Origin: a bacterium
Lineage (GTDB): Bacteria; Patescibacteriota; Minisyncoccia; UBA6257; JAGOQP01
Direction of reading: 5' to 3'
Assembly (NCBI GenBank): GCA_021801825.1
Contig: JAJYXK010000013.1
Span: 1 to 45,740 of the forward strand
Length of the DNA stretch: 45,740 nucleotides
A program made the translations under genes and the position numbers. A model generated the notes under the pieces. The model worked only from the letters and a program-made list of their open reading frames with translations, was not told where the DNA came from and ran no database searches. Below, piece by piece: positions 9,413 through 19,138 of this stretch (the stretch's first letter is position 1; each line of letters begins with the position of its first letter).

Positions 9413-9936
9413 TTGTTTTTCAAAAAATCTATTATGGCCTTTACGAACGGTGCAAGATCTCGTGGGTGTCTGGATGTTATGATATTTTTATCTACTACCA
9501 CTGGTTCATCTTGATATATTGCCCCTGCATTTTGTAGGTCATCTATTATGGCGCGATAACACGTTGCGACTTTTCCTTTCATGATTTTTGCAGAAATAGG
9601 AATCCATACTCCGTGACAAATTGCTGCCACTAGCTTGTTTTTGTTGTACATATCCATAACAAAGTTTAAAACATCCCTGTTCATCCTAAGTCTATCTGGG
9701 CCCTCATTTCCTCCTGGGATAACAACACAGTCAAAATCATTTTCTTTGAGATCTTCTAGCTTTATGGTCCCTTGCATAGGAAATCCAAATTTCCCAAAAG
9801 CTGTCTTCTTCTGATCCGTTGCTATTTCGATTGAAATATTTTCTTCCTCTTGTAGCCTATAGAAAGGATAAATAGCTTCTTCGTCTCTGAAATCTGTTTC
9901 TAGTAAGATAACTATTCTTTTTGTTGTGTTGTTCAT
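9409..9936 (-). CDS. pfpI: PfpI/DJ-1 family protein (type 1 glutamine amidotransferase-like)
   Basis: 'FRDEE', 'IPGG', 'AAICHG', 'ITSRHPRDL'. Confidence 0.9.
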   Translation of the reverse strand: MNNTTKRIVILLETDFRDEEAIYPFYRLQEEENISIEIATDQKKTAFGKFGFPMQGTIKLEDLKENDFDCVVIPGGNEGPDRLRMNRDVLNFVMDMYNKNKLVAAICHGVWIPISAKIMKGKVATCYRAIIDDLQNAGAIYQDEPVVVDKNIITSRHPRDLAPFVKAIIDFLKNK

Positions 9937-10778
9937 GTTTTTTGTTTTATTGTTGAATTATGTTTTGTAGTAATCCCATTTCTTTTCAAATATTTAATAC
10001 CGGCATTATCTCCATAAGGAAAAAGATAAGAGACTTTTTTAATTGAGGATTTGGCAATTGCTTTTGCGCACATCAAGCAGGGGGGTATTAAAATATGCAT
10101 AGTACATTTATCTAGATTTAATTTCTTCTTTCTAATTTCCTCTAGTAATAGAATTTCAGCATGTTCTTCGCTAGCTGAATTTTTTGACTCTGCAATAATT
10201 TTACCATCTTTGTCTTCCAGCACGGCTGTTATCTTTGAATGTAGCCCATTACTTAGAATTGTATTTTTAAGTAATCTTTTTGAAATTTCATCTTGCTTCT
10301 GTTTCGTGTTGATTGAGTATAGTTTTTGGCGATTAAGAAAATCAGACAAACGAAAAGGGGCGTATTTAATGTCTAATTTTTTGTACGTTTTTTTTATCTC
10401 TTCTCCAAGTTTTTTTCTGTAGGTTATATTATCATTTTGGAACGCGATTGTTTTTGGTTTTATTTTTTTTATACACTCGGTGTCGTGTGCCGTTTTATTT
10501 TCAATTAACACATAGTCTACAAAATTTAGTGATGAAATAATTTGAGCACGAGTACTATGTGTGGCCGAAAGTGGACTAGTAAAACCCCTTCTCTGTAAAA
10601 CCATCTTATCTCGCTGAACAATCACAATGAGTGGGCGTCCTTGTTTTGATGCCCACTTTAACAATCTAAAGTAGTATTCATTAAAAGGATCAAAAGATCC
10701 ACTAATTAGAGTTGCTGAATTCTGTTTTACCAGAGACGGAATCTCTTTTAGTGTGTAAATCTTATTTTTTTCACACAT
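9933..10778 (-). CDS. fusion of cytidylyltransferase-like domain and zinc-dependent nucleotide deaminase
   Basis: N-terminal 'SGSFDPF...VDYV...KP' (HIGH motif degenerate); C-terminal HAE...PCLMC. Confidence 0.8.
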   Translation of the reverse strand: MCEKNKIYTLKEIPSLVKQNSATLISGSFDPFNEYYFRLLKWASKQGRPLIVIVQRDKMVLQRRGFTSPLSATHSTRAQIISSLNFVDYVLIENKTAHDTECIKKIKPKTIAFQNDNITYRKKLGEEIKKTYKKLDIKYAPFRLSDFLNRQKLYSINTKQKQDEISKRLLKNTILSNGLHSKITAVLEDKDGKIIAESKNSASEEHAEILLLEEIRKKKLNLDKCTMHILIPPCLMCAKAIAKSSIKKVSYLFPYGDNAGIKYLKRNGITTKHNSTIKQKT

Positions 10779-10895
10779 TTTTATCTTGTTTATCTTGCCG
10801 TGTATTATATCACGTTGCTAAGTTGATGAAAATGAACTCCTTAAAGCCATTGGGTTGTGTAGATATTAGTCATTTGTCTCTATATAAATGGTCTT

Positions 10896-11000
10896 GTGGG
10901 GGAGACAACTCCGGGATTGTAGAATAGTAAATATAGAAAATAGAAATTCAAAACCCCCGAGAGGGGGTTTTGTTAAATCAAACTCTTTAAACTTTTATCT
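10896..11000 (+). repeat. right copy of ~100-bp direct repeat, including terminator 10949-10972
   Basis: Matches 4639-4745; still reads GETTPGL* in frame. Confidence 0.9.
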
Positions 11001-11020
11001 TTATATTTTATACTGATTGT

Positions 11021-11482
11021 ATGGTTATATATATTGGCTCAGATCATCGTGGTTTTACTTTAAAAGAGGGACTAGTGTCGTATCTTAAAGGTGTTGGATA
11101 TGAGGTTGTGGATTGTGGTAACACTGAACATAATGAACAAGATGATTATGTTGATTTTGCGAGCGCGGTAGCGCGTCATATCAGTAGAGATCCCAACCAA
11201 CGGGGGATTGTGTTGTGTGGATCGGGAGTTGGGGTTTCTATCGTGGCGAATAAATTTTCCAACGTGCGTTGTTCACTTTGTTTTTCTTCTGATCAGGCTA
11301 TCGCGGCGCGACATGATGATGATGCAAATGTAATCGCGATTCCTGCGGATTTTATTTTGGGAGACGCGGCGAAAAAAATGATTGCGGTGTGGTTGCAAAC
11401 GCCTTTTAACGGTGGGGATGCCTATGTGCGTCGTTTGCAGAAAATCAGCGAGGTGGAATATGAGGTAAAAGAAAAAATGTAA
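11021..11482 (+). CDS. rpiB: ribose-5-phosphate isomerase B
   Basis: GSDHRG, CGSGVG, ANK, ARHDDDAN. Confidence 0.92.
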   Translation: MVIYIGSDHRGFTLKEGLVSYLKGVGYEVVDCGNTEHNEQDDYVDFASAVARHISRDPNQRGIVLCGSGVGVSIVANKFSNVRCSLCFSSDQAIAARHDDDANVIAIPADFILGDAAKKMIAVWLQTPFNGGDAYVRRLQKISEVEYEVKEKM

Positions 11483-11496
11483 TTGTTCGTTTTGTT

Positions 11497-12081
11497 ATGC
11501 TCAATCATAAAGGGAAGAGGTTGTGTATTACGGGCATTCCAGCTTCAGGAAAATCTTATTTAGCAAAAAAACTCGCAGTTGATACTGGGGGAATCTTTGT
11601 ATCTTTTGATGATTTAAGAGAGGGTCTTACTCATGATTTTGTTTATGGGAAATGGGTAAATTTTTATTATAATATTAGTGATGAGAGGGAGTATTATTTA
11701 GAAACCCCTCCTGATGTTCTATGGAAAGATATTGTTAGTCAGTCTGAGGGGCTTTGGCCTGTTTTTCTTGAACATATTCATTCTTATGTTAATGAGCCAC
11801 GCCCCGTTATCTTTGAGTGTGTTAATCTTTTACCACATCTTGTGGTACCGGATTGTGGTTTTCCTGAGATAGTGCTACTTGGTTCTTCTCAAAAGGAAAT
11901 TTTAGAGAGAAACAAAAAAGATCCGCGTTGGGGGAAGACTACTTTTTTACAAGAAATTGAGGCTAAGAACTTTTTTCTTGTTGAACGTCCACGATACAAA
12001 GAAGAGGGAGAGCTCTTTGGCGTCTTTATTTCTGATAATTTTGACGACGCATATTGTTTTGGGTTATCTGTCTTGAAATAA
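11497..12081 (+). CDS. P-loop kinase-like protein
   Basis: Walker A GIPASGKS near the N-terminus followed by DDLRE. Confidence 0.65.
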   Translation: MLNHKGKRLCITGIPASGKSYLAKKLAVDTGGIFVSFDDLREGLTHDFVYGKWVNFYYNISDEREYYLETPPDVLWKDIVSQSEGLWPVFLEHIHSYVNEPRPVIFECVNLLPHLVVPDCGFPEIVLLGSSQKEILERNKKDPRWGKTTFLQEIEAKNFFLVERPRYKEEGELFGVFISDNFDDAYCFGLSVLK

Positions 12082-12177
12082 TCAGAATTAATAAATATTA
12101 AGAAGGACCCCTGTATATAAAAGTGAATTTGATTCTAAACATTTCTACGCAACTCTTTTTGGTGTATACTGTTATAT

Positions 12178-12822
12178 ATGGAAGTTATTCCGGTTGTTAA
12201 TAGAGAAACTGTTTCTGATGCAAAACAGTGTTTAAAGATTCTTGAAAATTTTTCTTCTCGCGTCTCGCGAGTTCATTTTGATGTGGGCGTTCCACCGGTG
12301 TCTACTATTCGCATTCCGTTGTTTCCACAAGTGTTTGAGGCCTACAAAGACACATTTTCTTTTGAATTACATTGTATGGTTCCCGAAACACTTTTTTTCT
12401 CTAGGGCTCATCGCGCTCCCGGAGTCGCGCGAGTGTATTATCACCTAGATGAGATTCATGATGCTGAAAGATTTGAACGACAACTGCTTTCGTGGAGAAA
12501 ACAGGGAATTGATGTAGGGGTAGTGGTGCGTAGCTCTGATCTTCTTAAGAATATAGTGCTACCCAAAAGTGTGCGTAGTGTATTGGTACTCTCGGTTGTT
12601 CCGGGTCGCGCGGGACAGAAATTTCATACTCGCGCATGGAAAGTGATTTCGTTTTTGAAAGAGAAATACCCGCGTGTTATACTTACTGTTGATGGAGGAA
12701 TCACTCCTCCGATTGTCAAAAAACTTGCAAAACTGGGTGTCTCACGGGTTACCTCTGCAACGTATATTTGGGAAAGTAAAAAACCGGAGGAAGCGTACCG
12801 CAAGTTAGTAGAGAGTGATTAG
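12178..12822 (+). CDS. rpe: ribulose-phosphate 3-epimerase (divergent)
   Basis: HFD, ELHCM, VVPGRAGQ, VDGGI. Confidence 0.85.
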   Translation: MEVIPVVNRETVSDAKQCLKILENFSSRVSRVHFDVGVPPVSTIRIPLFPQVFEAYKDTFSFELHCMVPETLFFSRAHRAPGVARVYYHLDEIHDAERFERQLLSWRKQGIDVGVVVRSSDLLKNIVLPKSVRSVLVLSVVPGRAGQKFHTRAWKVISFLKEKYPRVILTVDGGITPPIVKKLAKLGVSRVTSATYIWESKKPEEAYRKLVESD

Positions 12823-12890
12823 TCGCGAGTATCTAGTAGAAATTTTTACTCAGCCCTAACCCCTAAACCCTATTTACTCATATATTTACC

Positions 12891-13748
12891 ATGTATCTTT
12901 CTCACAAACACATTAAACAGTTATACGGCATAGCAAATCATCTGAGAGAAGATGTCATCACTATGCTTGAAAAGGCGGGTTCAGGGCATAGCGCGGGGTC
13001 ATTGGGTATGGCTGATATTTTTGCGGGGTTGTATTTTGGTGTATTAAACCATAATCCCAAAAAGCCACTATGGAGCGATCGCGATAGAGTGGTGCTTTCT
13101 AATGGTCATATTTGTCCGGTTCAATATGCCGCCTTAGCTCGCGCCGGATATTTTCCACTCAAAGAATTAGAAACTTTGCGCGATTTTAAATCTCGCTTAC
13201 AAGGACACCCACATCGGGAATCATTGCCAGGAATTGAAACTACTTCGGGTCCTTTAGGAAGTGGTCTTTCTCAGGGGATTGGTATTGCGCTTGCGGGACG
13301 TATGGATCACAAAAAGTATCAAACCTACGTGATTTTATCTGATGGAGAACATGACGAAGGACAAACCTGGGAGGCGGTTCTTCTCGCGGGAAAACTTAAG
13401 CTAAATTCTCTTACTGCAATTATTGATAGGAATAATATTCAGATAGATGGATTTACCGAAGATGTTTTACCACTTGGGTCATTGCATGAAAAATATGAAG
13501 CATTTGGATGGCATGTTATAGATGTTGATGGGCATAATATAGAAGACTTTATAAACGCCACCTATGAAGCAAAAGCTGTTTATGAAAAGCCGACCGCAAT
13601 TATTGCGCATACTATCCCGGGGAAAGGAGTCTCTTTTATGGAGCGCTCATACGCGTGGCATGGCGCGCCGCCATCAAAAGAACAAGCTCGCGCCGCCTTG
13701 CGAGAATTGCGTACACTTGGAGGAAAAATTAGAGGAGAGAATGAGTAA
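12891..13748 (+). CDS. tkt: transketolase N-terminal subunit
   Basis: SGH, SNGH, LQGHP, TPP-binding SDGEHDEG. Confidence 0.93.
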   Translation: MYLSHKHIKQLYGIANHLREDVITMLEKAGSGHSAGSLGMADIFAGLYFGVLNHNPKKPLWSDRDRVVLSNGHICPVQYAALARAGYFPLKELETLRDFKSRLQGHPHRESLPGIETTSGPLGSGLSQGIGIALAGRMDHKKYQTYVILSDGEHDEGQTWEAVLLAGKLKLNSLTAIIDRNNIQIDGFTEDVLPLGSLHEKYEAFGWHVIDVDGHNIEDFINATYEAKAVYEKPTAIIAHTIPGKGVSFMERSYAWHGAPPSKEQARAALRELRTLGGKIRGENE

Positions 13749-13826
13749 GTAAGTATTAAGTATTATGTAGGTAGTATGTATTAAGGAAAGAGAAGAACTA
13801 ATCATAAATCTAAATAAAATATAATT

Positions 13827-14150
13827 ATGGAATGGGTAAAAAAAGTTTATATATATTTGTTTTCTGCGGTGGGGTTGGTTTTGGTTGTTATTGGATCTGT
13901 GCAAATCATTAATGTTGCTCTCAAAACGTATGTGTTCACTCAGGCAGACATGGTGTACGTGTATCCGCAAATACAGCCAGTAAATCCTACTGATAAATTT
14001 ATCCAGCCGGATCCAAATGAACAGATTGCATATCAAGAAAAAACACGCACAAGTACTCGTCAACGAGATGTTGCGAATGCAATTGCTTTATTAATAGTTG
14101 GTACCCCACTGTTTCTTTTTCATTGGAAGCTTATTAGAAAGAACGGCTAA
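13827..14150 (+). CDS. two-TM membrane protein (DUF5671-like)
   Basis: 'VYIYLFSAVGL' and 'IVGTPLFLFHW' helices. Confidence 0.7.
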   Translation: MEWVKKVYIYLFSAVGLVLVVIGSVQIINVALKTYVFTQADMVYVYPQIQPVNPTDKFIQPDPNEQIAYQEKTRTSTRQRDVANAIALLIVGTPLFLFHWKLIRKNG

Positions 14151-14177
14151 TTTTATTAGATATTAGTTATTATTCAC

Positions 14178-15170
14178 ATGTTACACATTTCTCAAAATCT
14201 ATCTCATGACATTTTTTCAAAATCAGTTCCTACTGCGGCACTGCGCGATGGATATGGAGAAGGATTGCTTGAAGCAGGGCAAAATTCTCAGGTAGTTGTT
14301 CTTACCGCCGACGTTGAAGAATCAACTCGTACTCATACCTTTCATACATTATATCCTGATAGATTTATTGAGATGGGAGTGTCGGAACAAAATATGGCGA
14401 GTGTTGCCGCGGGACTTGCGGTTTCTGGGAAAATTCCCTATATCAATGCATATGCAGTGTTTTCTCCGGGAAGAAATTGGGAGCAAATTCGGACTACCAT
14501 TGCATATAATAACGCAAACGTAAAAATTGCAGGACATCATGCGGGTATTTCTACGGGTGCAGATGGCGCAACACATCAAGCAATTGAAGATGTGGCTTTG
14601 ATGCGTGCTATGCCGAATATGATGGTGCTTACACCCTGTGATGCGATTGAGGCGCGCAAGATGACGGTTCAGGCGGCGCTTATTAATAAACCTATATACA
14701 TACGATTACAACGCGAAAAAACTCCGATACTTACCACGAAAGAAACTCCTTGCACCATTGGAAAATCTGAAGTTTTTTGGATGCCTAAATCAAAGAAATA
14801 TTCAGTGGTTTTGTTTGCTATGGGTCCTATGGTGTATCAAGCATTGTTAGCTGCGCGAGAATTGGAAAAACTTAGTATTGCTGCAGTTGTGGTGCGTGTG
14901 GGAACCATTAAGCCGTTTGATGAAAAAACTACTATTGAATGGTTAAAGAAAGCGGGAGCAGCGGTTACTATTGAAGATCATACTATTTATGGAGGACTAG
15001 GTTCAGTTGTTTCTGAGGTTGCGGCGCGGTCATGTCCCACTCCTATTGAAATGGTTGGAGTCGCTGATGTTTTCGGACAATCGGGAACCGCACATCAGTT
15101 ATATAAAGCATATCACTTAGAGGTTGATGATATTGTACGAGCGGCAAAGAAAGCAATAAAACGTGTGTAA
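14178..15170 (+). CDS. tkt: transketolase C-terminal subunit
   Basis: GVSEQNM, DGATHQ, EDH..GGLG. Confidence 0.93.
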   Translation: MLHISQNLSHDIFSKSVPTAALRDGYGEGLLEAGQNSQVVVLTADVEESTRTHTFHTLYPDRFIEMGVSEQNMASVAAGLAVSGKIPYINAYAVFSPGRNWEQIRTTIAYNNANVKIAGHHAGISTGADGATHQAIEDVALMRAMPNMMVLTPCDAIEARKMTVQAALINKPIYIRLQREKTPILTTKETPCTIGKSEVFWMPKSKKYSVVLFAMGPMVYQALLAARELEKLSIAAVVVRVGTIKPFDEKTTIEWLKKAGAAVTIEDHTIYGGLGSVVSEVAARSCPTPIEMVGVADVFGQSGTAHQLYKAYHLEVDDIVRAAKKAIKRV

Positions 15171-15175
15171 TTACT

Positions 15176-16174
15176 ATGGACATTCTTACTATCGGAACAG
15201 CTCTTGTTGATTATATTATACCCGTCTCCGTGAAGAGCTCTGGAAAGAAACTTACTTTTGAAAAAGGAAAAAAATATGAAATTCATCCTCCGGTGATGCG
15301 CGCAGGAGGCGGCGCTTTGAATGTGGCAGTTACGTGCGCGCGTGCAGGTAAACAAGTAATGCTGGCATCCGAGTGGGGTTCTGATGCCGCGGGTTCATTT
15401 CTAGAACGAAGCATACGAACTGAGGGAATTGTTCCTCGGATCACCATTTCTCAAAAACAACCCACGGGAACTTCTTTTGTGTTGGTTTCTCCTGATGGCG
15501 AGCGAACGGTGTTGGTTTCTCGAGGGGCATTAAATTCGTTTTCTCTTTCTGATATTCCCGCGCGAGATCTTCAAAGAATTTCGTGGGCATATATTGTTAC
15601 TGGATCGTGGTCTATTTCTACGATTGAAAAATTACTACGCTTGTTATCTCGAGCTGGTATATCTACGGTGGTAAGCCCCTCAGGACAGTTACTTACGCAT
15701 GATAAAAAATCTCTTGCGCCTATTTTTTCTCTTAGTGATGTGGTGATTATGAATCGTAGCGAGGCGGCATTAGTGACTGGAATTCGCGCAACGCAAACAA
15801 AAACATTATTTAAAGAGCTTGATAGCATGGTTCGTGGTATTGTGGTTATGACCGATAGTAGCAAAGGAGTAATGGTTTCTGATGGGTCTCGTATGTTTAG
15901 CGCGCCCGCGTTTGATGCCCATGTCGTTGATGAAACAGGAGCGGGTGATGCATTCGGAGGAGCTTTTATGATGGGGCTTATAGAATCTGGCGCTCGTTGT
16001 GGTAAGGGGGTGTGTAGTGAGGAGGAGATGATTTATGCGCTTCGCCGAGGTTCCGCGAACGCCGCATCTGTTATAGAACACATGGGGGCTACGGAGGGGA
16101 TTCTTACTAAAAAACAATTTTTGACTCAAAAAAGATGGCGCACGTACCCTGTTAAAATTATTCATTTGAATTAA
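15176..16174 (+). CDS. PfkB family carbohydrate kinase
   Basis: GGGALN, GERT, DETGAGDAF. Confidence 0.9.
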   Translation: MDILTIGTALVDYIIPVSVKSSGKKLTFEKGKKYEIHPPVMRAGGGALNVAVTCARAGKQVMLASEWGSDAAGSFLERSIRTEGIVPRITISQKQPTGTSFVLVSPDGERTVLVSRGALNSFSLSDIPARDLQRISWAYIVTGSWSISTIEKLLRLLSRAGISTVVSPSGQLLTHDKKSLAPIFSLSDVVIMNRSEAALVTGIRATQTKTLFKELDSMVRGIVVMTDSSKGVMVSDGSRMFSAPAFDAHVVDETGAGDAFGGAFMMGLIESGARCGKGVCSEEEMIYALRRGSANAASVIEHMGATEGILTKKQFLTQKRWRTYPVKIIHLN

Positions 16175-16185
16175 CTTATATTTTT

Positions 16186-16713
16186 ATGATTGTAGTATTT
16201 ACCGGAAATGGAAAAGGAAAAACTACTTCATGTTTAGGGCACATGATTCGTGCGGCGGGGCAGGGGAAACGAACACTCATGCTCCAATTTATTAAGGGTC
16301 CATGGATTTCCGGCGAGCATATTTTTCTTGATACGCATCCCCAGGTCAGAGATCATCTAGAAATTGTTCGTGGAGGAAAGGGGTTTGTAGGAATTTTAAA
16401 TGATCAACTACCATTTGCGACGCACCAACAAGCGGCGCAAAAGACATTACAGCGGGCTTTGCGAGCCGTGCGAACAAAGAAGTATGACCTCATTGTTTTG
16501 GACGAAGTTAATGTTGCGGTTTCATTAAAACTCATAAAGCCCTCTGAAGTTTTATCACTTATAAAACAAGTTCCCGCTGATAAAGTTATTATTTTAAGTG
16601 GTCGCTATGCTCCTGCAAGTTTTATTCGTGCGGCTGATTTAGTCACCGAAATGAAAGAAATAAAACATCCTTTTTCTAAAGGTAAAAAAGCGCGGGTTGG
16701 TTTTGAATTTTAG
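16186..16713 (+). CDS. cobO: cob(I)alamin adenosyltransferase (CobO/BtuR)
   Basis: TGNGKGKTT, QFIKG, LDE, ADLVTEMKEIKHPF. Confidence 0.92.
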   Translation: MIVVFTGNGKGKTTSCLGHMIRAAGQGKRTLMLQFIKGPWISGEHIFLDTHPQVRDHLEIVRGGKGFVGILNDQLPFATHQQAAQKTLQRALRAVRTKKYDLIVLDEVNVAVSLKLIKPSEVLSLIKQVPADKVIILSGRYAPASFIRAADLVTEMKEIKHPFSKGKKARVGFEF

Positions 16714-16751
16714 GGTATAACTAGAGACTAAATACTAACGGCAAAAGACAT

Positions 16752-18218
16752 ATGCGTTTGTCTCAGATTTCTTTTTGGTTTTTTATATTATCAATGGTGG
16801 GCATGGGTGGTGTTGCAATTGGGATACCTATTTTGTATATAGCAAGTGTGGCGATTCTTATGGGAATCGTTTTTTCTTTTATTGGATTTTTTACCGACAC
16901 GCATATATGGATATGGAGAGGAATTGTGTGTCTCTTTGTTTTATGTGGCGCTGTGTATGCGCTTTGGTATACATCTCTGATCACTCGTGGGCCATCAGTT
17001 AGTTATTATAATGAACAAAATATTTCAGGACGTGTGATCTCATATCCTCGTATGTCTGATGCTACACAATCATTTTTGTTGAAAGTTTCTGAGAGTGTTG
17101 TTTCTACGCGCATTTCTTCTACCTATCGTGTTCGTTATGGAGACGCTATTTCACTACGTGGAGCCATAGAGCCGTTATCAAGCTCCACACAATATTTGGC
17201 TCGTGATGGCGCCATTGGGACTCTTTCATTCGGAACACTCATATCTATTACTCCGCCCACCTCATTTTCCTTACTAAGAACGTTATATGCGGTCCGTGAT
17301 GTGGTGGTGGGTGTTTTTAATAAAGTTTTTTTGCGAGATCAATCGGCGCTTGCTTCGGGATTATTATTGGGTCAGCAAAGCGCTTCGTTTTCCGGTGAAT
17401 TAAAGAATGATATGAAGCAGAGTGGAACAACACATCTTGTTGCGCTTTCGGGATATAACATATCAATTATTATTCAGGTACTGTATGGCATTGTGGGATT
17501 TTGGGTGTCGCGCAATAAATCTTTTCTTATAATGATTGTGGGAATTATTTTATTTGTGTGTATGACGGGAGCGGAGGCGTCGGTAGTGCGCGCCGCTTTC
17601 ATGAGTTCTTTACTGCTAATCGCCGAACGACTTTCTCGTATATACGATTTTGCTCAAGCAATGGCGGTGACCGCATGGATTATGGTTATACTGAATCCAC
17701 TCACGGCGCCGTTTAACATTGGTTTTGTATTATCGTTTGCTTCTTTGTGGGGGATGTCATACCTTGGTCCAATCTTTTTATCGTACCTTAATCGTATCCC
17801 TGTTTTATACACAACTCACTCAAAAAAATTGTATACCGTTATTGTGCAAACACTTTCTCAAACATTGGGGGCGCAGATTGCTGTTGCTCCATTGTTGATG
17901 GTGTGGTTTGGTGGAATTTCCATTTCTGGGGTTATAACAAATGTGGTGCTTCTTCCTTTAGTTCCCTTGGTAATGGGGCTTTCATCTTTTGTTGCGCTTG
18001 CGGGTTTTTTGTTTTTACCATTCGGATGGCTGGCGTCTTTTGTGGTAAGTCCGCTCCTTTCGTTTTTCTTGTGGGTGATTCATGTGGGAGCGCAGTTTGG
18101 ATTTGTCACACATACGATTTCATGGTGGGTTGTGGCACTTTGTTATATGGTGTTGTGGTGGATTGTGATACGATATAAAAAAATGTCTGTTTCTACTAGT
18201 ATGGCGTGCGCAGTGTAA
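16752..18218 (+). CDS. comEC: ComEC/Rec2 competence channel
   Basis: Multi-TM; 'SGTTHLVALSGYNI', 'ASVVRA', 'GFVLSF'. Confidence 0.92.
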   Translation: MRLSQISFWFFILSMVGMGGVAIGIPILYIASVAILMGIVFSFIGFFTDTHIWIWRGIVCLFVLCGAVYALWYTSLITRGPSVSYYNEQNISGRVISYPRMSDATQSFLLKVSESVVSTRISSTYRVRYGDAISLRGAIEPLSSSTQYLARDGAIGTLSFGTLISITPPTSFSLLRTLYAVRDVVVGVFNKVFLRDQSALASGLLLGQQSASFSGELKNDMKQSGTTHLVALSGYNISIIIQVLYGIVGFWVSRNKSFLIMIVGIILFVCMTGAEASVVRAAFMSSLLLIAERLSRIYDFAQAMAVTAWIMVILNPLTAPFNIGFVLSFASLWGMSYLGPIFLSYLNRIPVLYTTHSKKLYTVIVQTLSQTLGAQIAVAPLLMVWFGGISISGVITNVVLLPLVPLVMGLSSFVALAGFLFLPFGWLASFVVSPLLSFFLWVIHVGAQFGFVTHTISWWVVALCYMVLWWIVIRYKKMSVSTSMACAV

Positions 18219-18235
18219 ATAAAATATTTTTTACT

Positions 18236-19084
18236 ATGTCTCGTTTTATCTGGATAACTTTATCTTTATGTATATGTGCCGCAGGCGCATTGTGGGGATA
18301 TATCATTTTTGTGTCCGCTCCGCATGGAACAGAATTATTTTTTCTACCCGTGGGGCAGGGTGATGCGCAACTAGTTCGTGTTGGGGGCATAAATGTTCTT
18401 ATTGATGGAGGTCCGAACCGAGGCATACTTTCTTCATTAGACACTATTTTGGGTGCGCGGGGCCATATTGATATTGTGTTCGTTTCTCATGGACAGACAG
18501 ATCATATACAAGGGTTGTTTGATGTTGTGTCCTCTCGTCCTGTTGGTGTTTTGTTGTATCAAGGGGCGACGACTCCGTTGCTTGAACAATTATTTGTACG
18601 CGCCCGTGAGTATTCTGTGCCCGTGGTACAAATAAAAACGGGATCTACACTTTTATACAAAGATGCTTTGTTTGAGGTGTTGTCGTTTGAGCCGTCTATT
18701 CATAAGTTTGACTCAAGTGGTATTAATGACGATTCATTAGTTCTTAAATTTACGACCCCTGGGGGATGCGCGTTGTTTACTGCTGATATTGGTTCTGATG
18801 CCGAACGACAACTGAGCTCTTATTATAAAAATAAATTAGATTGTGATGTTTTGAAAGTTGCTCATCATGGATCTAAAACTTCATCACTTCCCGAATTCTT
18901 GCGAGCTGTTTCTCCTGCGCTTTCTGTTATTGAAGTTGGGAAGAATTCATATGGACATCCTACGCCGGAGGTATTAACACGTCTTGCTGGTGTGGGGAGT
19001 AGGATACTCCGCACAGATCAAGATGGAATCGTACGGGTGTTATTACAACCAGACAAATTAATCATATCTTCTCTAAAAATGTAG
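18236..19084 (+). CDS. ComEC-associated metallo-beta-lactamase-fold protein
   Basis: VGQGDA, SHGQTDH, KVAHHGS, NSYGHP. Confidence 0.9.
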   Translation: MSRFIWITLSLCICAAGALWGYIIFVSAPHGTELFFLPVGQGDAQLVRVGGINVLIDGGPNRGILSSLDTILGARGHIDIVFVSHGQTDHIQGLFDVVSSRPVGVLLYQGATTPLLEQLFVRAREYSVPVVQIKTGSTLLYKDALFEVLSFEPSIHKFDSSGINDDSLVLKFTTPGGCALFTADIGSDAERQLSSYYKNKLDCDVLKVAHHGSKTSSLPEFLRAVSPALSVIEVGKNSYGHPTPEVLTRLAGVGSRILRTDQDGIVRVLLQPDKLIISSLKM

Positions 19085-19138
19085 GAAAAATGGGCGTGGT
19101 GTTGTTTTTTTGCTCATTTTCTTATATTCTTGTTTCAT

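Noticed and set aside
10712-10927. 71-aa ORF at the islet edge
   Set aside because: Runs into the repeat in a non-homologous frame; no coding signal
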